Shown here piece by piece: positions 40,831-50,375 of a DNA stretch of 64,000 bases. Source of the DNA: an uncultured Acidobacteriota bacterium. Lineage in GTDB: Bacteria; Acidobacteriota; Thermoanaerobaculia; UBA5066; Gp7-AA6. The stretch lies in contig CAVXTP010000022.1 in assembly GCA_963764715.1 (NCBI GenBank), forward strand, positions 1 through 64,000, written 5' to 3'. Below the pieces are notes generated by a model. It did no database searches. It was not told the DNA's origin and saw only the letters and a list, made by a program, of their open reading frames with translations. Every line of letters starts with the position of its first letter. The first letter of the stretch is position 1. The position numbers and the translations under genes were made by a program.

Positions 40831-42003
40831 TCACTTGCGAGAGGAACCCTCGCTCGATCCTAACCCGAGTACGCTCACATTGTCCCTCTTCTGTCCCACT
40901 TCTCCGGATTCGCGGCGGTAGCGCTGCGTCCGCTCTAGCCCCGACCGCACGTCGCGGCCGTCGACGATGTCGTACCTCTCGAAGACCGCGTCGCTGCGGT
41001 GGCCGCTGATGGTGCGGGCGATCGTCGGCGCGACGCCGGCGCGGACCATGTCCCGCACGGCGCTCCGCCGGAGGTCATGGAAGAGCTTCCCGACGTAGCG
41101 CTCCTTCTCGGGATCCGATTCGTCTGCGACCATGCGGCCGACGCCCGCCGCGCAGCAGGCCTTCTGCCACGACTTGCGGAAATCCACTACGGGACGTCCG
41201 TTCGCGTGAAACACGTAGGCGGAGAGCGCCGGACCGTCCGGCCCCTCGAACGTCCGTTTGTTCCACCGTTCCTCGAAGAGGGCACGGAGGTCGTCGTCGA
41301 ACGCGAGCACGCGGCCACGACCGTTCTTCGAATCGAACAGCCGAACCTCGCCAGCCGCCCGGTCCACCTGGTCCCACGTCATGCCGACGATCTCGCCCTT
41401 GCGCCAGCCGGTCAGGTATCCGAAACGCACGACATCGCATACCGGATCCGGGAGCCCGGCCGCGACCTTCTCGAACTCCACCCGCTCGAAGAAGCCGCGG
41501 CGGACGTTGTCCTCGCGCAACATCGGGAAGTGGGGGAGCCGTGAGACCTTGCCCTCCTTCGCAGCCAGCCGATAAGCCGCGCGGAGCGTCTCCACGTACC
41601 TGTTGACCGTTGCGGACGCCTTGGGCTCAGCCAGTTTCCGCTGTTGGAATGCCCGGATCTCGTCGGCAGCGAGAGTGGAGGCTCTCCGTGCTCCGAGCAC
41701 TTCCTCCACCGCCTTCCGATGTGCGCGGAAGGAGACCATCGATTTGGCCCCGCGCATGAGGAGATCCGCCTCGAGTGACTCGAGAAGCTCGGCCACCGTC
41801 AATCGCTCGGCCGCGGGCGGGACGAAGCGGTCGCCTGCAATTTCCTTCCGCTTCGCCTTGAGCGCCCGCCTGGCGTCGTCCTCAGTTGAACCCGCCGGCT
41901 GCCGGTAGTTGCGACCGTTCACGTTGTACGAGATCCACCAGCGTGATCCCCGCTGAAAAATCCGACCGTCACCCCGCATTCCTTCGGCCTCCCTTCTTCC
42001 CAT
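40831..42003 (-). CDS. Phage-type tyrosine integrase
   Basis: N-terminal arm-binding-like GRIFQRGSRWWISY; TGWRKGE, FHDLRRS, GHRS and ERY catalytic motifs; start may be 41979. Confidence 0.95.
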   Translation of the reverse strand: MGRREAEGMRGDGRIFQRGSRWWISYNVNGRNYRQPAGSTEDDARRALKAKRKEIAGDRFVPPAAERLTVAELLESLEADLLMRGAKSMVSFRAHRKAVEEVLGARRASTLAADEIRAFQQRKLAEPKASATVNRYVETLRAAYRLAAKEGKVSRLPHFPMLREDNVRRGFFERVEFEKVAAGLPDPVCDVVRFGYLTGWRKGEIVGMTWDQVDRAAGEVRLFDSKNGRGRVLAFDDDLRALFEERWNKRTFEGPDGPALSAYVFHANGRPVVDFRKSWQKACCAAGVGRMVADESDPEKERYVGKLFHDLRRSAVRDMVRAGVAPTIARTISGHRSDAVFERYDIVDGRDVRSGLERTQRYRRESGEVGQKRDNVSVLGLGSSEGSSRK

Positions 42004-42160
42004 CTGACCGTTCGGGAAACGCCATTTCCTCCGCGCGTTTCACACCGAAATAGTTTTCCAGTGCTTCGTTGACAATGTCGGCCAGATCTTTCCGCTCCTG
42101 CGCCGCGCGGATTTTTGCCGCCTCCCAGAGGTCATCCCGAAGCTTCAGGCTGGTCTTCAT
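41969..42160 (-). CDS. Ribbon-helix-helix regulator
   Basis: KTSLKL beta-strand followed by DDLWEAAKIRA and LADIVNEALENY helices. Confidence 0.75.
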   Translation of the reverse strand: MKTSLKLRDDLWEAAKIRAAQERKDLADIVNEALENYFGVKRAEEMAFPERSDGKKGGRRNAG

Positions 42161-42308
42161 CAGGAATCAGGATATCACAATATCTTGCCCTTGCTTGGGC
42201 GGCCTCGGGCCGCTCGCATTGCTCGACACGTAGTATGCTGCAACGGCATAAGGAATCACACCAAGGATGGAGGCCGAATGGTGGCAGTCAGGACGAAGCG
42301 ATGAAGCC

Positions 42309-42390
42309 GCCGCCTAACCTGCGGGTGCAGCGGACGCGTTCATCGCCTTCGACTCTTCACGCGCCGCTGACCCGCCACCCGTTAGGCGGC
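42309..42390 (+). repeat. attC-like site 1 (intact)
   Basis: GCCTAAC...GTTAGGC cores; L boxes GGTGCAGC / GCTGACC; two unpaired bases in the stem. Confidence 0.85.
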
Positions 42391-42410
42391 CGAAGACAGA
42401 AGGGAGCCTT

Positions 42411-43181
42411 GTGAAGGCGCTGCCAAGAGTTACCTGCTGGCTGTTTGCCTCGCTAGTCATGGCCACGTCAGCATGGCTGCGTGCTGATGAACGCCAGAGG
42501 CCGGCAGGTCGTCCGCTGAGTCAACGCAGCATCGTGACATGGCCGGCTGAATGGGGTGTTGACGAGCCAACGCTTTACCGCGTCTCCGCGATGGGATTCG
42601 CACCGCTATCCTCGACGCAGCAGTATGAGTCGGTGAATGGCGGCAAGAGATGCTTGGGCTCGACCTGCTCTTTCGGCTCTGCGCTTCCCCTTCCCTCCGG
42701 GGTTCTGATCACAGCGATCACCCTGGAAGCGTGCGACAGTGACACCACCAGCGTCGTGACACTGTCGCTGTACGAATGCGAGGGCGGTGCGTCGCCTGCC
42801 TGCACTCTGGTCGGTTCAGCCGACACTGGTATCCCGTACGAACTAGGCTGCGGGTACTACGGGGGAGATCCGCTGCCGTCACCGGTGACGGTTGAAAACA
42901 ACGCGATGACTTATTGGCTGGAAGCCCAGAGCAACGGCGCAAACGTCGAATTCAGGAGCGCAACAGTCTGGTACCAGCGGCAGGTCAGCCCGGCCCCGCT
43001 GGTAGCCACGTTTAATGACGTCCCAACAAGCCATCCACAGTTCCGGTTCATAGAGGCTCTCTCTCAATCGGGTATCACCGCAGGTTGCGGAGCAGGTAGT
43101 TTCTGTCCTGACGCAACAGTGACTCGAGCTCAACTAGCGGTCTTCCTGGCGAAGGCGCTGGGACTTCATTGGCCATTCTGA
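42411..43181 (+). CDS. Secreted protein with C-terminal SLH domain
   Basis: Signal peptide; FNDVPTSHP...GITAGCG..FCPDATVTRAQLAVFL. Confidence 0.85.
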   Translation: MKALPRVTCWLFASLVMATSAWLRADERQRPAGRPLSQRSIVTWPAEWGVDEPTLYRVSAMGFAPLSSTQQYESVNGGKRCLGSTCSFGSALPLPSGVLITAITLEACDSDTTSVVTLSLYECEGGASPACTLVGSADTGIPYELGCGYYGGDPLPSPVTVENNAMTYWLEAQSNGANVEFRSATVWYQRQVSPAPLVATFNDVPTSHPQFRFIEALSQSGITAGCGAGSFCPDATVTRAQLAVFLAKALGLHWPF

Positions 43182-43254
43182 CCAGCGATCCGATGTCCAG
43201 AGTTAGTGGTCTGGCTACCGAGACGGAAAGGACGATCCAGTCAACCGAAGGGCG

Positions 43255-43339
43255 GCCGCCTAACCCGCAGGTGCAGCGGACCCGCGTGGCTCGCTGCGCT
43301 CGCCCCGGCTCGCCGCTGACCCGCCACCCCTTGGGCGGC
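43255..43339 (+). repeat. attC-like site 2 (R' core mutated to CTTGGGC)
   Basis: GCCGCCTAAC-ccgca-GGTGCAGCGGAC...GCCGCTGACCCGCCACCC-CTTGGGCGGC. Confidence 0.8.
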
Positions 43340-46300
43340 CTTCGCAAGCTGGTAGGGCACGCTTCCACCCCGGCCCGGCGACTGTTCCTGGTTCCGGTGG
43401 TTCTTTGGGCCGTCTTTGTCGGCGGAGCGGAGGCCCGCGTTCAGATCCTCGAGCCTTCCATGAGCGCGGCCCAGACCTTCGAGGTCCTTCACGTGTTCAG
43501 CAACGCGCTGGGCGCTCCTTCGAGCACCTTGGTCGAAGCGGATGGGGGCCTTGTCTACGGCACTACCCAAACCGGCGGCGTCTTCGGACTCGGCTCGGTA
43601 TTCGCACTGGTGCCGCGCGAAACCGGGGGCTATGACTTCGTTGAATTGCACGCCTTTAGTGGCCCAGACGGTGCCAACCCGGAGGCCGGCGTGACCCGCG
43701 CTCCGGATGGAAGCCTTTGGGGTACCGCCGTCAACGGGGGAGCTCACGAGGCGGGCACAGTCTTCAGCATCACGCCGAAGGGCCACCTCACGGTGATGCA
43801 CCAATTCAGTGGCCCTGACGGAAAGTACCCCGTCGCGGGCCTGACTCCGACGCCTAACGGCTCCTTCCTCGGCGTCACGAGGGAGGTTGACGGAGGCGGA
43901 GGCAGCATTTTCAAGATCGGACTTGACGGTCACTTCGAGTCGCTACACTTCTTCGGCGGGTGGGACGGTATCTCGCCTGTCAGCACTCTGGTGAGAGCCA
44001 GCGACGGCGCCTACTACGGCACGGCAATGTACGGAGGCTACGACGGTACCGTCTTTCGGATAGACGAAGTCGGAAACTTCACACGGCTCCACACCTTCCA
44101 AGGCGACGGGATGACTCCCCGCGGGGGACTGGTGCAGGGAGCCGACGGGTATCTCTACGGTACGACGGTCGGAGGAGGTGCATCGCACTTCGGAGTCGTG
44201 TTTCGGATGGATTTCGGTGGGAACACGACGGTGATCCACGACTTCGATGGTGCTCTCGCGCTCAATCCCTTGACCGGCCTCGTCCAGGTCGCACCCAATG
44301 TGTTTCGCGGCATGACGGCGAGCGGCGGCACCGCGGGTCAGGGAGTGATCTTTCAGATCGAGCCGAATGGTGTCTTCACGATGCTCCACAGCTTCGATGG
44401 ATCGGATGGAGCGACCCCGTTGGGGGCGCTCAGCGTGCGAAGCGACGGAGCGCTCCTCGGGACTACCGCCGCAGGGGGAAGTCAAGGCCTGGGCACCGTC
44501 TTCCAACTGGACCCTGGAAACACGTTGTCGACGCTTTCCGATTTCCAGGCGGATATTTCCGGACCGTTCAGCGCGCTGGTTCAAGCCACGGACGGGAGCC
44601 TCTATGGGGCGACCGCATGGCGCGGAAACAAAGACTTCGGCAGCATTTTTCGATCCGATCTCAGCGGTGTGGTTTCGAGCGTGTACGGTTCGCCGACTCT
44701 GGGTATCGCGAGTTACAGCGGCTCGTTGATCCAGGCTTCGGATGAGCGTTTGTATGGCTCGAGTTACGACCCCAGCGGCAATACCGGTCGAATCTTCAGC
44801 GTCGGGCTGGATGGGGATTTTCGTCTGATGCGGACGCTCACCCCGGACGAGGGATTGGCACTGCTCGGCGGCCTGGCGGAAGGCGGAGACGGCTGGCTCT
44901 ACGGAACGGCGCGCTTCGGCGGATCTTCGGGGCTCGGCACGATTTTTCGAATCGACACGGACGCCAATTTCGAGTTACTGCACACGTTCACGGGCACCGA
45001 TGGCTCCGAGCCTTGCGCGGCTCCTATTCAGGCTGCCGACGGCAACCTGTACGGTACGACTTTCTCCGGAGGGAGCGAAGGAGGTGGCACGGCCTTTCGC
45101 GTCGACGCAGCCGGGAACGTCGGATCGATCCACTCCTTTGTTTACGACGAAGGGGTTCGACCCTCGGCGTCCTTCGCTCCAGCATCCGACGGCACATTGC
45201 TCGGCAGTGCGACGATCGGCGGCGCAAACACGGCCGGGACGCTGTTCAAGATGTCTCTGGAGGGCAACGTCACTCCGTTCCATGCGTTTGTCGTCGCCAC
45301 GGGCTGGACTCCCGACACCACACTTCTGGCAGCTGGTGATGGGAGCTTTTTCGGGACAACCCTCTACGGCGGCCAGGGAGAACCACCCTGGGGCCATGGC
45401 ACCGTTTTCCGCGTCGACCCGAACGGAAACGTGGAAACTGTGCATGAATTCACCGGCGGGCCCGGCGGCGGTTTCCCGTGCTGTGCGCTCACGCAGGCTA
45501 GTGACGGCAACTTCTACGGGGTCGCCGGCGAAGGAATCGGGAATCGCGGCGTCATCTACCGACTCCTCGCGAATCCTCCGGAGACCACGTTGGATTCGAT
45601 TTCCCCCAGCTCGGGTCGGGCTCAGGGAGGCACGTCGATCCAATTGGCGGGGATTCATTTTCGCCCCGGGATGCTCATCTCCATTGGTGACGCCCCCGCC
45701 ACCGGAATAGTCGAGGTCGACTATCGAGCGATTCGGTCGCTCAGTCCCATCCTCGTGCCTGGGAAACTCTACGACGTGGTCCTTTCGACATCCGACGGAG
45801 CCGAGCCAGCCACCCTGCCGGATGGCTGGTTTGCGGACTTCCTCGATGTACCATCGAGTCAACCGTTCCACGATGCGATCGAGGAGATAGTTCGGTCTGG
45901 ACTCACAGCGGGGTGCGGCAACGGTAACTATTGCCCGGACAGTCCCGTCACTCGCGCCCAGAGTGCGGTCTTCCTGCTGAAGGCCGCGCACGGCCCGGAC
46001 TACACGCCGCCAGCGTGCCAGGGGCTTTTCGGCGACGTGGCCTGTCCCTCGCAGTTTGCCGACTGGATCGAGCAGCTGGCTGCAGAGGGAATCACCGGAG
46101 GGTGCGGTGGAGCGAATTTCTGTCCTGCAAGCCTGGTAACCCGCGAACAGATTGCAGTGCTGCTCCTCAAAACGAAGCATGGACCGGATTACGAACCGCC
46201 AGTTTGTTCCGGAATCTTCACGGACGTTCAGTGCCCGAGCACATACGCAGCGTGGATCGAGGCTCTGTACGACGAGAACGTCACGGCCGGATGCTCCAGC

Positions 46301-46384
46301 GAGCCGCGAAACTACTGCCCGGGCGATTCCGTGAGTCGAGGCCAACACGCAGTATTTCTGAGCAACACGTTTAAATTGCAATAG
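43331..46384 (+). CDS. Large surface protein: tandem LYGTT..GG..G.VF beta repeats + IPT/TIG + three SLH domains
   Basis: Many DG.LYGTT..GG...GTVF...LH.F repeats; ISPSSG..GGT IPT-like segment; three SLH repeats; start codon ambiguous (frame open from 43169/43193). Confidence 0.85.
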   Translation: MGGLRKLVGHASTPARRLFLVPVVLWAVFVGGAEARVQILEPSMSAAQTFEVLHVFSNALGAPSSTLVEADGGLVYGTTQTGGVFGLGSVFALVPRETGGYDFVELHAFSGPDGANPEAGVTRAPDGSLWGTAVNGGAHEAGTVFSITPKGHLTVMHQFSGPDGKYPVAGLTPTPNGSFLGVTREVDGGGGSIFKIGLDGHFESLHFFGGWDGISPVSTLVRASDGAYYGTAMYGGYDGTVFRIDEVGNFTRLHTFQGDGMTPRGGLVQGADGYLYGTTVGGGASHFGVVFRMDFGGNTTVIHDFDGALALNPLTGLVQVAPNVFRGMTASGGTAGQGVIFQIEPNGVFTMLHSFDGSDGATPLGALSVRSDGALLGTTAAGGSQGLGTVFQLDPGNTLSTLSDFQADISGPFSALVQATDGSLYGATAWRGNKDFGSIFRSDLSGVVSSVYGSPTLGIASYSGSLIQASDERLYGSSYDPSGNTGRIFSVGLDGDFRLMRTLTPDEGLALLGGLAEGGDGWLYGTARFGGSSGLGTIFRIDTDANFELLHTFTGTDGSEPCAAPIQAADGNLYGTTFSGGSEGGGTAFRVDAAGNVGSIHSFVYDEGVRPSASFAPASDGTLLGSATIGGANTAGTLFKMSLEGNVTPFHAFVVATGWTPDTTLLAAGDGSFFGTTLYGGQGEPPWGHGTVFRVDPNGNVETVHEFTGGPGGGFPCCALTQASDGNFYGVAGEGIGNRGVIYRLLANPPETTLDSISPSSGRAQGGTSIQLAGIHFRPGMLISIGDAPATGIVEVDYRAIRSLSPILVPGKLYDVVLSTSDGAEPATLPDGWFADFLDVPSSQPFHDAIEEIVRSGLTAGCGNGNYCPDSPVTRAQSAVFLLKAAHGPDYTPPACQGLFGDVACPSQFADWIEQLAAEGITGGCGGANFCPASLVTREQIAVLLLKTKHGPDYEPPVCSGIFTDVQCPSTYAAWIEALYDENVTAGCSSEPRNYCPGDSVSRGQHAVFLSNTFKLQ

Positions 46385-46414
46385 CGCAATGACGAAGCTG
46401 CTGACTTCGCAGGA

Positions 46415-46447
46415 GGCTCGCCGCTGACCCGCCACCCGTTAGGCGGC
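46415..46447 (+). repeat. attC-like site 3 (right half only)
   Basis: GGCTCGCCGCTGACCCGCCACCCGTTAGGCGGC; left arm absent. Confidence 0.75.
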
Positions 46448-46459
46448 GCGATCAGGCTG

Positions 46460-47206
46460 TTGGGGCTACTCACCGCACTCATGCCAGCTGCCTCCGCGGC
46501 ATCTGCAGCTACCAGGCTGATTGTGTCCAACGACCCTTGCCTTGCATCGCTCTGTCCCGCAACGCGGCCACCGTGGCCCACCTGGGTCGAGGCGGGGTCG
46601 AGCTTTGCGCTCATTGTGTTGGCCGTCGACGACTTTGGAGTTCTTGACCCGTCCTACACGGGAACTGTGACGCTCTCCACCACCGATCCGCAAGCCACCT
46701 TGCCCCCGGACTACACGTTTACCCTTGCAGACTCTGGCAGAAAGATGCTCAACGGCGCGGTCTTGCGTAGCCCCGGGGCGCAGCGCGTGGCGGCTGCAGA
46801 TCTCTCCCTTGACGTGCTGCCGGGGAGTTTCGGATTGACCGTGTACCAAATCGGGTCGTGCATTCCTAGCGTAACAACCCTATGCCTTGCTCGGGGCCGG
46901 TTTCAGGTCGATGCCAGATGGCGGCGCTCAACCGAGCCTACAACTTCGACGGCGACCTCGGTGTCGCTCACATCGGATACCGGCTACTTCTGGTTCTTCA
47001 GCCCGAGTAACATCGAGGTTGTCGTCAAAGTCCTGAATGCTTGCTCTTTCGATGCCCACTGGTGGGTTTTCGCAGGAGGCTTGACCAGTGTTGAAGTGAC
47101 TCTCACGGTGGTTGATAGCGAGGCAGGAACAGTGAGGAGCTACACGAACCTGGCTGGCGGCGCATTTCAGCCGATTCAAGACACGGTAGCTTTTGATTGT
47201 CCTTGA
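46460..47206 (+). CDS. Secreted/surface protein
   Basis: Hydrophobic N-terminus; YTGTV..STTDP.ATLP.DYTF Ig-like segment; C-terminal LCL..GRF.V / TGYFWFF.PSN.EV.VKVLNAC domain. Confidence 0.75.
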   Translation: MGLLTALMPAASAASAATRLIVSNDPCLASLCPATRPPWPTWVEAGSSFALIVLAVDDFGVLDPSYTGTVTLSTTDPQATLPPDYTFTLADSGRKMLNGAVLRSPGAQRVAAADLSLDVLPGSFGLTVYQIGSCIPSVTTLCLARGRFQVDARWRRSTEPTTSTATSVSLTSDTGYFWFFSPSNIEVVVKVLNACSFDAHWWVFAGGLTSVEVTLTVVDSEAGTVRSYTNLAGGAFQPIQDTVAFDCP

Positions 47207-47254
47207 GGAGCAACCGGGCTTGCCGACGTGTGCTGCAGTGATTGCGACCATGAC

Positions 47255-47280
47255 GCCGCCTAACTCGCGGGTGCAGCGGA
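47255..47280 (+). repeat. attC-like site 4 (left half only)
   Basis: GCCGCCTAACTCGCGGGTGCAGCGGA; right arm lost next to the xis gene end. Confidence 0.7.
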
Positions 47281-47305
47281 TCTTCCCTTCGCTGGGGTCA
47301 CTCGG

Positions 47306-47794
47306 TTAGCGTTTCTCGCCACTTGCCGACGCGCCTGGCCCGGGATGTCCCAAGTCTGGGACCCGTCGCGCGCTCACGAATTCCGCCAGGTCGCCGGGCG
47401 AGAAGCGCAAGGTGTCGGCGCCGATCCTCACTGCGGTGATTCGGCGTTGGTGAACCAACCTGTAGATAGTCGGCAGGCTGACTCCCAGCCGTCGGGCGGC
47501 TCCCTTTGCGTCCAGGAGGTCAGTCTCAGGCGTAACGGCGGTGGTCGTTGCCGCCGCCAGCGATAGATTGCGAGCGGCCAGGGCCGCGCTTAGCCTGGCA
47601 GCCGCGCCCAGCAGGTCCAGACAGGCCTCGGCGCCCAATGAGGGAACGGCGGCCTCGATGTCGGCGAGGGCCTGCGCGGGGGACAATTGAGGGACAGCCG
47701 AGGGAAAGCCACTGGCCACACGCAACTTAGGGCGGCCCTGTCGGTGCGGCACCGATTGCTCCCTCGGTGGCTCGATCCGCTCCTTCCGGCTCAT
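47306..47794 (-). CDS. Excisionase-like HTH protein
   Basis: LLDAKGAARRLGVSLPTIYRLV...VRIG..LRF...DL; ATGA overlap with the upstream ORF. Confidence 0.8.
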   Translation of the reverse strand: MSRKERIEPPREQSVPHRQGRPKLRVASGFPSAVPQLSPAQALADIEAAVPSLGAEACLDLLGAAARLSAALAARNLSLAAATTTAVTPETDLLDAKGAARRLGVSLPTIYRLVHQRRITAVRIGADTLRFSPGDLAEFVSARRVPDLGHPGPGASASGEKR

Positions 47795-48117
47795 GCAGCC
47801 GGTCCCGTCCCGTTTGGGGCACGGCGACGGCCTTCCGCGAGCTGGCGGCGGTGGTCGGCGCAGCAGGACGGGCAGAGGTAGATCCGCTGCCCGTGACCGA
47901 GCTCGACCAGCATTGAGAGGCACCACGTCAGACACTGGCCGCACTGATTCTGTGTCGGGATGACGGTCGCTGACTCGGTACGCACGAGCGGGGCGGGGTA
48001 GCCGGTGAGGTCGGCAACTCGGGCCTGGTAGGCCGGAGCAGCCGGTTTCACGTCGGGGTTCACCGGTGGCCTGGGCTCTGCTCCGAGGGCGCGCCGGGCG
48101 ATCTTCAGGTAGTTCAC
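47791..48117 (-). CDS. Small hypothetical protein with CxxC motifs
   Basis: GGAG SD then GTG; NYLKIARRAL; CGQC and CPSC. Confidence 0.55.
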   Translation of the reverse strand: MNYLKIARRALGAEPRPPVNPDVKPAAPAYQARVADLTGYPAPLVRTESATVIPTQNQCGQCLTWCLSMLVELGHGQRIYLCPSCCADHRRQLAEGRRRAPNGTGPAA

Positions 48118-48136
48118 GGGCTGGACTCCGCGGGGT

Positions 48137-48213
48137 ACGAAATGAACGAAATCGACGAAGGACGGCCAATCCCAGCGAAGGCCGGACGCCCGGAATTCGT
48201 CGAATTCGTTTCG
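48137..48213. repeat. Iteron-like repeats (putative replication origin)
   Basis: ACGAA x3 at 9-bp period, then inverted TTCGT copies, directly after the primase-helicase stop. Confidence 0.6.
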
Positions 48214-48220
48214 GGACGCA

Positions 48221-50317
48221 TTACAGGGCAATCCACCGTTCCGCGGTTCGACTTCCGGACCCGGCAAGGACGGGCGTGGCGAGCCCCGCCGTTCTCAGCA
48301 ACTCGAGCGCCCGGTCGATTTCCTCGGCCGCGACGTTCCGCTGGAACAGGCCGGAGATGTCGGTGCGCGTCAACCCGTGCTCGGACCGGCGAAGGGCCGG
48401 AAGGATCTTGTCGGCCGTCGGGTCTCCCAGCGACTCCCCGAAGATGTGACGCGCGGAATCCTCCGCGTACGTCCAAACCGCCAGTGCTGCGAGGAGATGC
48501 TGCTCCCGGATCAGCTGCGAGCCGTCCAGGAGAGCGTAGAGAAGTGAGAGCCGGAGCACCTGGGCTTCCGCCCGGGAGGTGAGGGACCCGAACATTCCGA
48601 GGCGGTCTCTGGACAGGACCGGGTAGACGTCGTGCCACGCGCGGGTCGCTCTCTGGTCGCGCTCCACTTCGCGTAGCTGCCGGGCGGCCTCGAGAATGCG
48701 TGTTGTTTCCCGCGCCAGACGTTCGAGCTCCGGGGCCGGCGGAGACCCGCCGTCCGGAAGACACTTCGATCGGGCCACGGCTATCCAGAGGAAGCGGTTG
48801 CCGAACCCGTTGGCCGTTTCGGTGGTTCCGAGGTTTCGCAGGAGCTCCTGGCGAGTGATGTGGCCCAGGACGGATATGTGGGCGCCCGTGGCCACCTCGG
48901 GATTGTTCTTCGTGAGCACCCGAAGGTCGCCCGTGTCCCATGCCTGTCGGACGACGGCGGAGAGGATGTTCCCGTCACGTGCCATGACGCGAAGCGTCGA
49001 CGCGAACTCCGCCTCGATGACCATCAGGCGCTTGTCCTGGACGCCCTCGTCGACGCGGACCATCTGATAGTCGACCACTCGCCCCTTTTCCTTGACGGGC
49101 TCCTCCTCCATCCGCGCGTCACGAACGGCGTGGATCAGTCCCTCGCCGCTCGACAGGCCCGACTGGATCCGGTTGCTGGTCCAGTCCGTGTCGGCCGCGC
49201 GAAGGACGCGCCGAACATCGCTCTCCGCCGTCCCTTTCCGTCCCCGGGACGTGTTGCCGACGAGGACGCCGAACAAGTTGCAGCGGTGCTCGACCGCCCC
49301 GACGCGGCAGAACGGGCCCCGGCCGATCGCGTTGCCCGCCATGATGAGGAAGTGAACGAGTACGGCGGCGGGATCGGCTTCCGTGAAAGGCTCCACGGTC
49401 CGCACGACGTCCCCTGCCACGCCGTGGTAGGCGTCGTTGTCCAGGGGCTTCGGCCAGGCGGCAGTCGGGGAGCTGGGCACCGTGACGGTCGATTCGATGG
49501 CGGTGGAGACTCCCAGCCAGCGGAACGCGGTGTCGAGCACCACTTCCGGGAAGTAGTCGCGAAGCCGGCTCCCGCCGGTCGTCGGGTTGCCGGCGGCGAG
49601 TTGCTGCGCCGTGTCGCGCACGTCGCTCGCGACTTTGCGCCGGTCCGCGCCGACGGCCTCCGCCATAACGTCGAGGAACTCCGTGGTACGGACCTCCGAC
49701 CATCCGTGTCGAAGAAGGAACCCGGCGAGCGCGAGTGTTGCGTCGTGCCGCTGTCCGTCCTGCCAGAAGCGCGCGAGGAGTGCGCAGGCGGCGATTTGCG
49801 AGGCGACGTTACGAAGATCGGCCACAGCGATGTCGGCTAGGTCCCCGAGTTCCTCCCATTCGACCGTCTCGCCGGACGGGTGGGTGCTCGGCTCCGCCAA
49901 GGTCTGACAGCCGGAGCCACGAAGCTCGAGCAGCATCACCTTCTTCGAGCCCAGGCCGGCAGGCACCTCAAACGTCTCCCGGCGGATCTCGTCGCCGATG
50001 GCCCTGTAGTAGTGGTGGGAGGAGCGCTTGCCCTTGCGTCCGTGCCGCCATCCCGTGCGCGGTAGCCAGCGGCGCGCTGCGACCACTGCCTCTGGTGCGT
50101 CGAGGTCTACGTCGATCAGCCCGTTGGAAGCGGCTCCCGTGAGGATCCCGATGTTCGCGGCGGGGTCGAAAATCGAGTCCACCCGTTCTGGGGAAACCCG
50201 GAGATCCTGCCAACCCGAAAGGCGGGGGCCCTTCTCGCCCCGCGGGACTGGAACCGGGTAGATGCCCAGGTCGAGGTAGGCAAGGGCGGCGGCGCGGGTG
50301 TCGGAGTAGCTTCCCAT
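48221..50317 (-). CDS. Bifunctional primase/polymerase fused to a DUF3987-like helicase domain
   Basis: Prim-Pol motifs KGP..GWQ, NIGILTG, DVDLD, HHYY, PSTHPSG; P-loop-like GNTSRGRKGT, SSGEGLI and NGFGNRFL. Confidence 0.85.
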   Translation of the reverse strand: MGSYSDTRAAALAYLDLGIYPVPVPRGEKGPRLSGWQDLRVSPERVDSIFDPAANIGILTGAASNGLIDVDLDAPEAVVAARRWLPRTGWRHGRKGKRSSHHYYRAIGDEIRRETFEVPAGLGSKKVMLLELRGSGCQTLAEPSTHPSGETVEWEELGDLADIAVADLRNVASQIAACALLARFWQDGQRHDATLALAGFLLRHGWSEVRTTEFLDVMAEAVGADRRKVASDVRDTAQQLAAGNPTTGGSRLRDYFPEVVLDTAFRWLGVSTAIESTVTVPSSPTAAWPKPLDNDAYHGVAGDVVRTVEPFTEADPAAVLVHFLIMAGNAIGRGPFCRVGAVEHRCNLFGVLVGNTSRGRKGTAESDVRRVLRAADTDWTSNRIQSGLSSGEGLIHAVRDARMEEEPVKEKGRVVDYQMVRVDEGVQDKRLMVIEAEFASTLRVMARDGNILSAVVRQAWDTGDLRVLTKNNPEVATGAHISVLGHITRQELLRNLGTTETANGFGNRFLWIAVARSKCLPDGGSPPAPELERLARETTRILEAARQLREVERDQRATRAWHDVYPVLSRDRLGMFGSLTSRAEAQVLRLSLLYALLDGSQLIREQHLLAALAVWTYAEDSARHIFGESLGDPTADKILPALRRSEHGLTRTDISGLFQRNVAAEEIDRALELLRTAGLATPVLAGSGSRTAERWIAL

Positions 50318-50375
50318 GTTCGGGACCCATGATCGACGGCTACCCGAACAGAAGCGAGGGACACAATTCGGCGAA

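Noticed and set aside
40831-42003. Integrase as an integron integrase (IntI)
   Set aside because: It has a phage-type arm-binding N-terminus and no recognisable IntI-specific insertion, and it sits against a duplicated tRNA att site.
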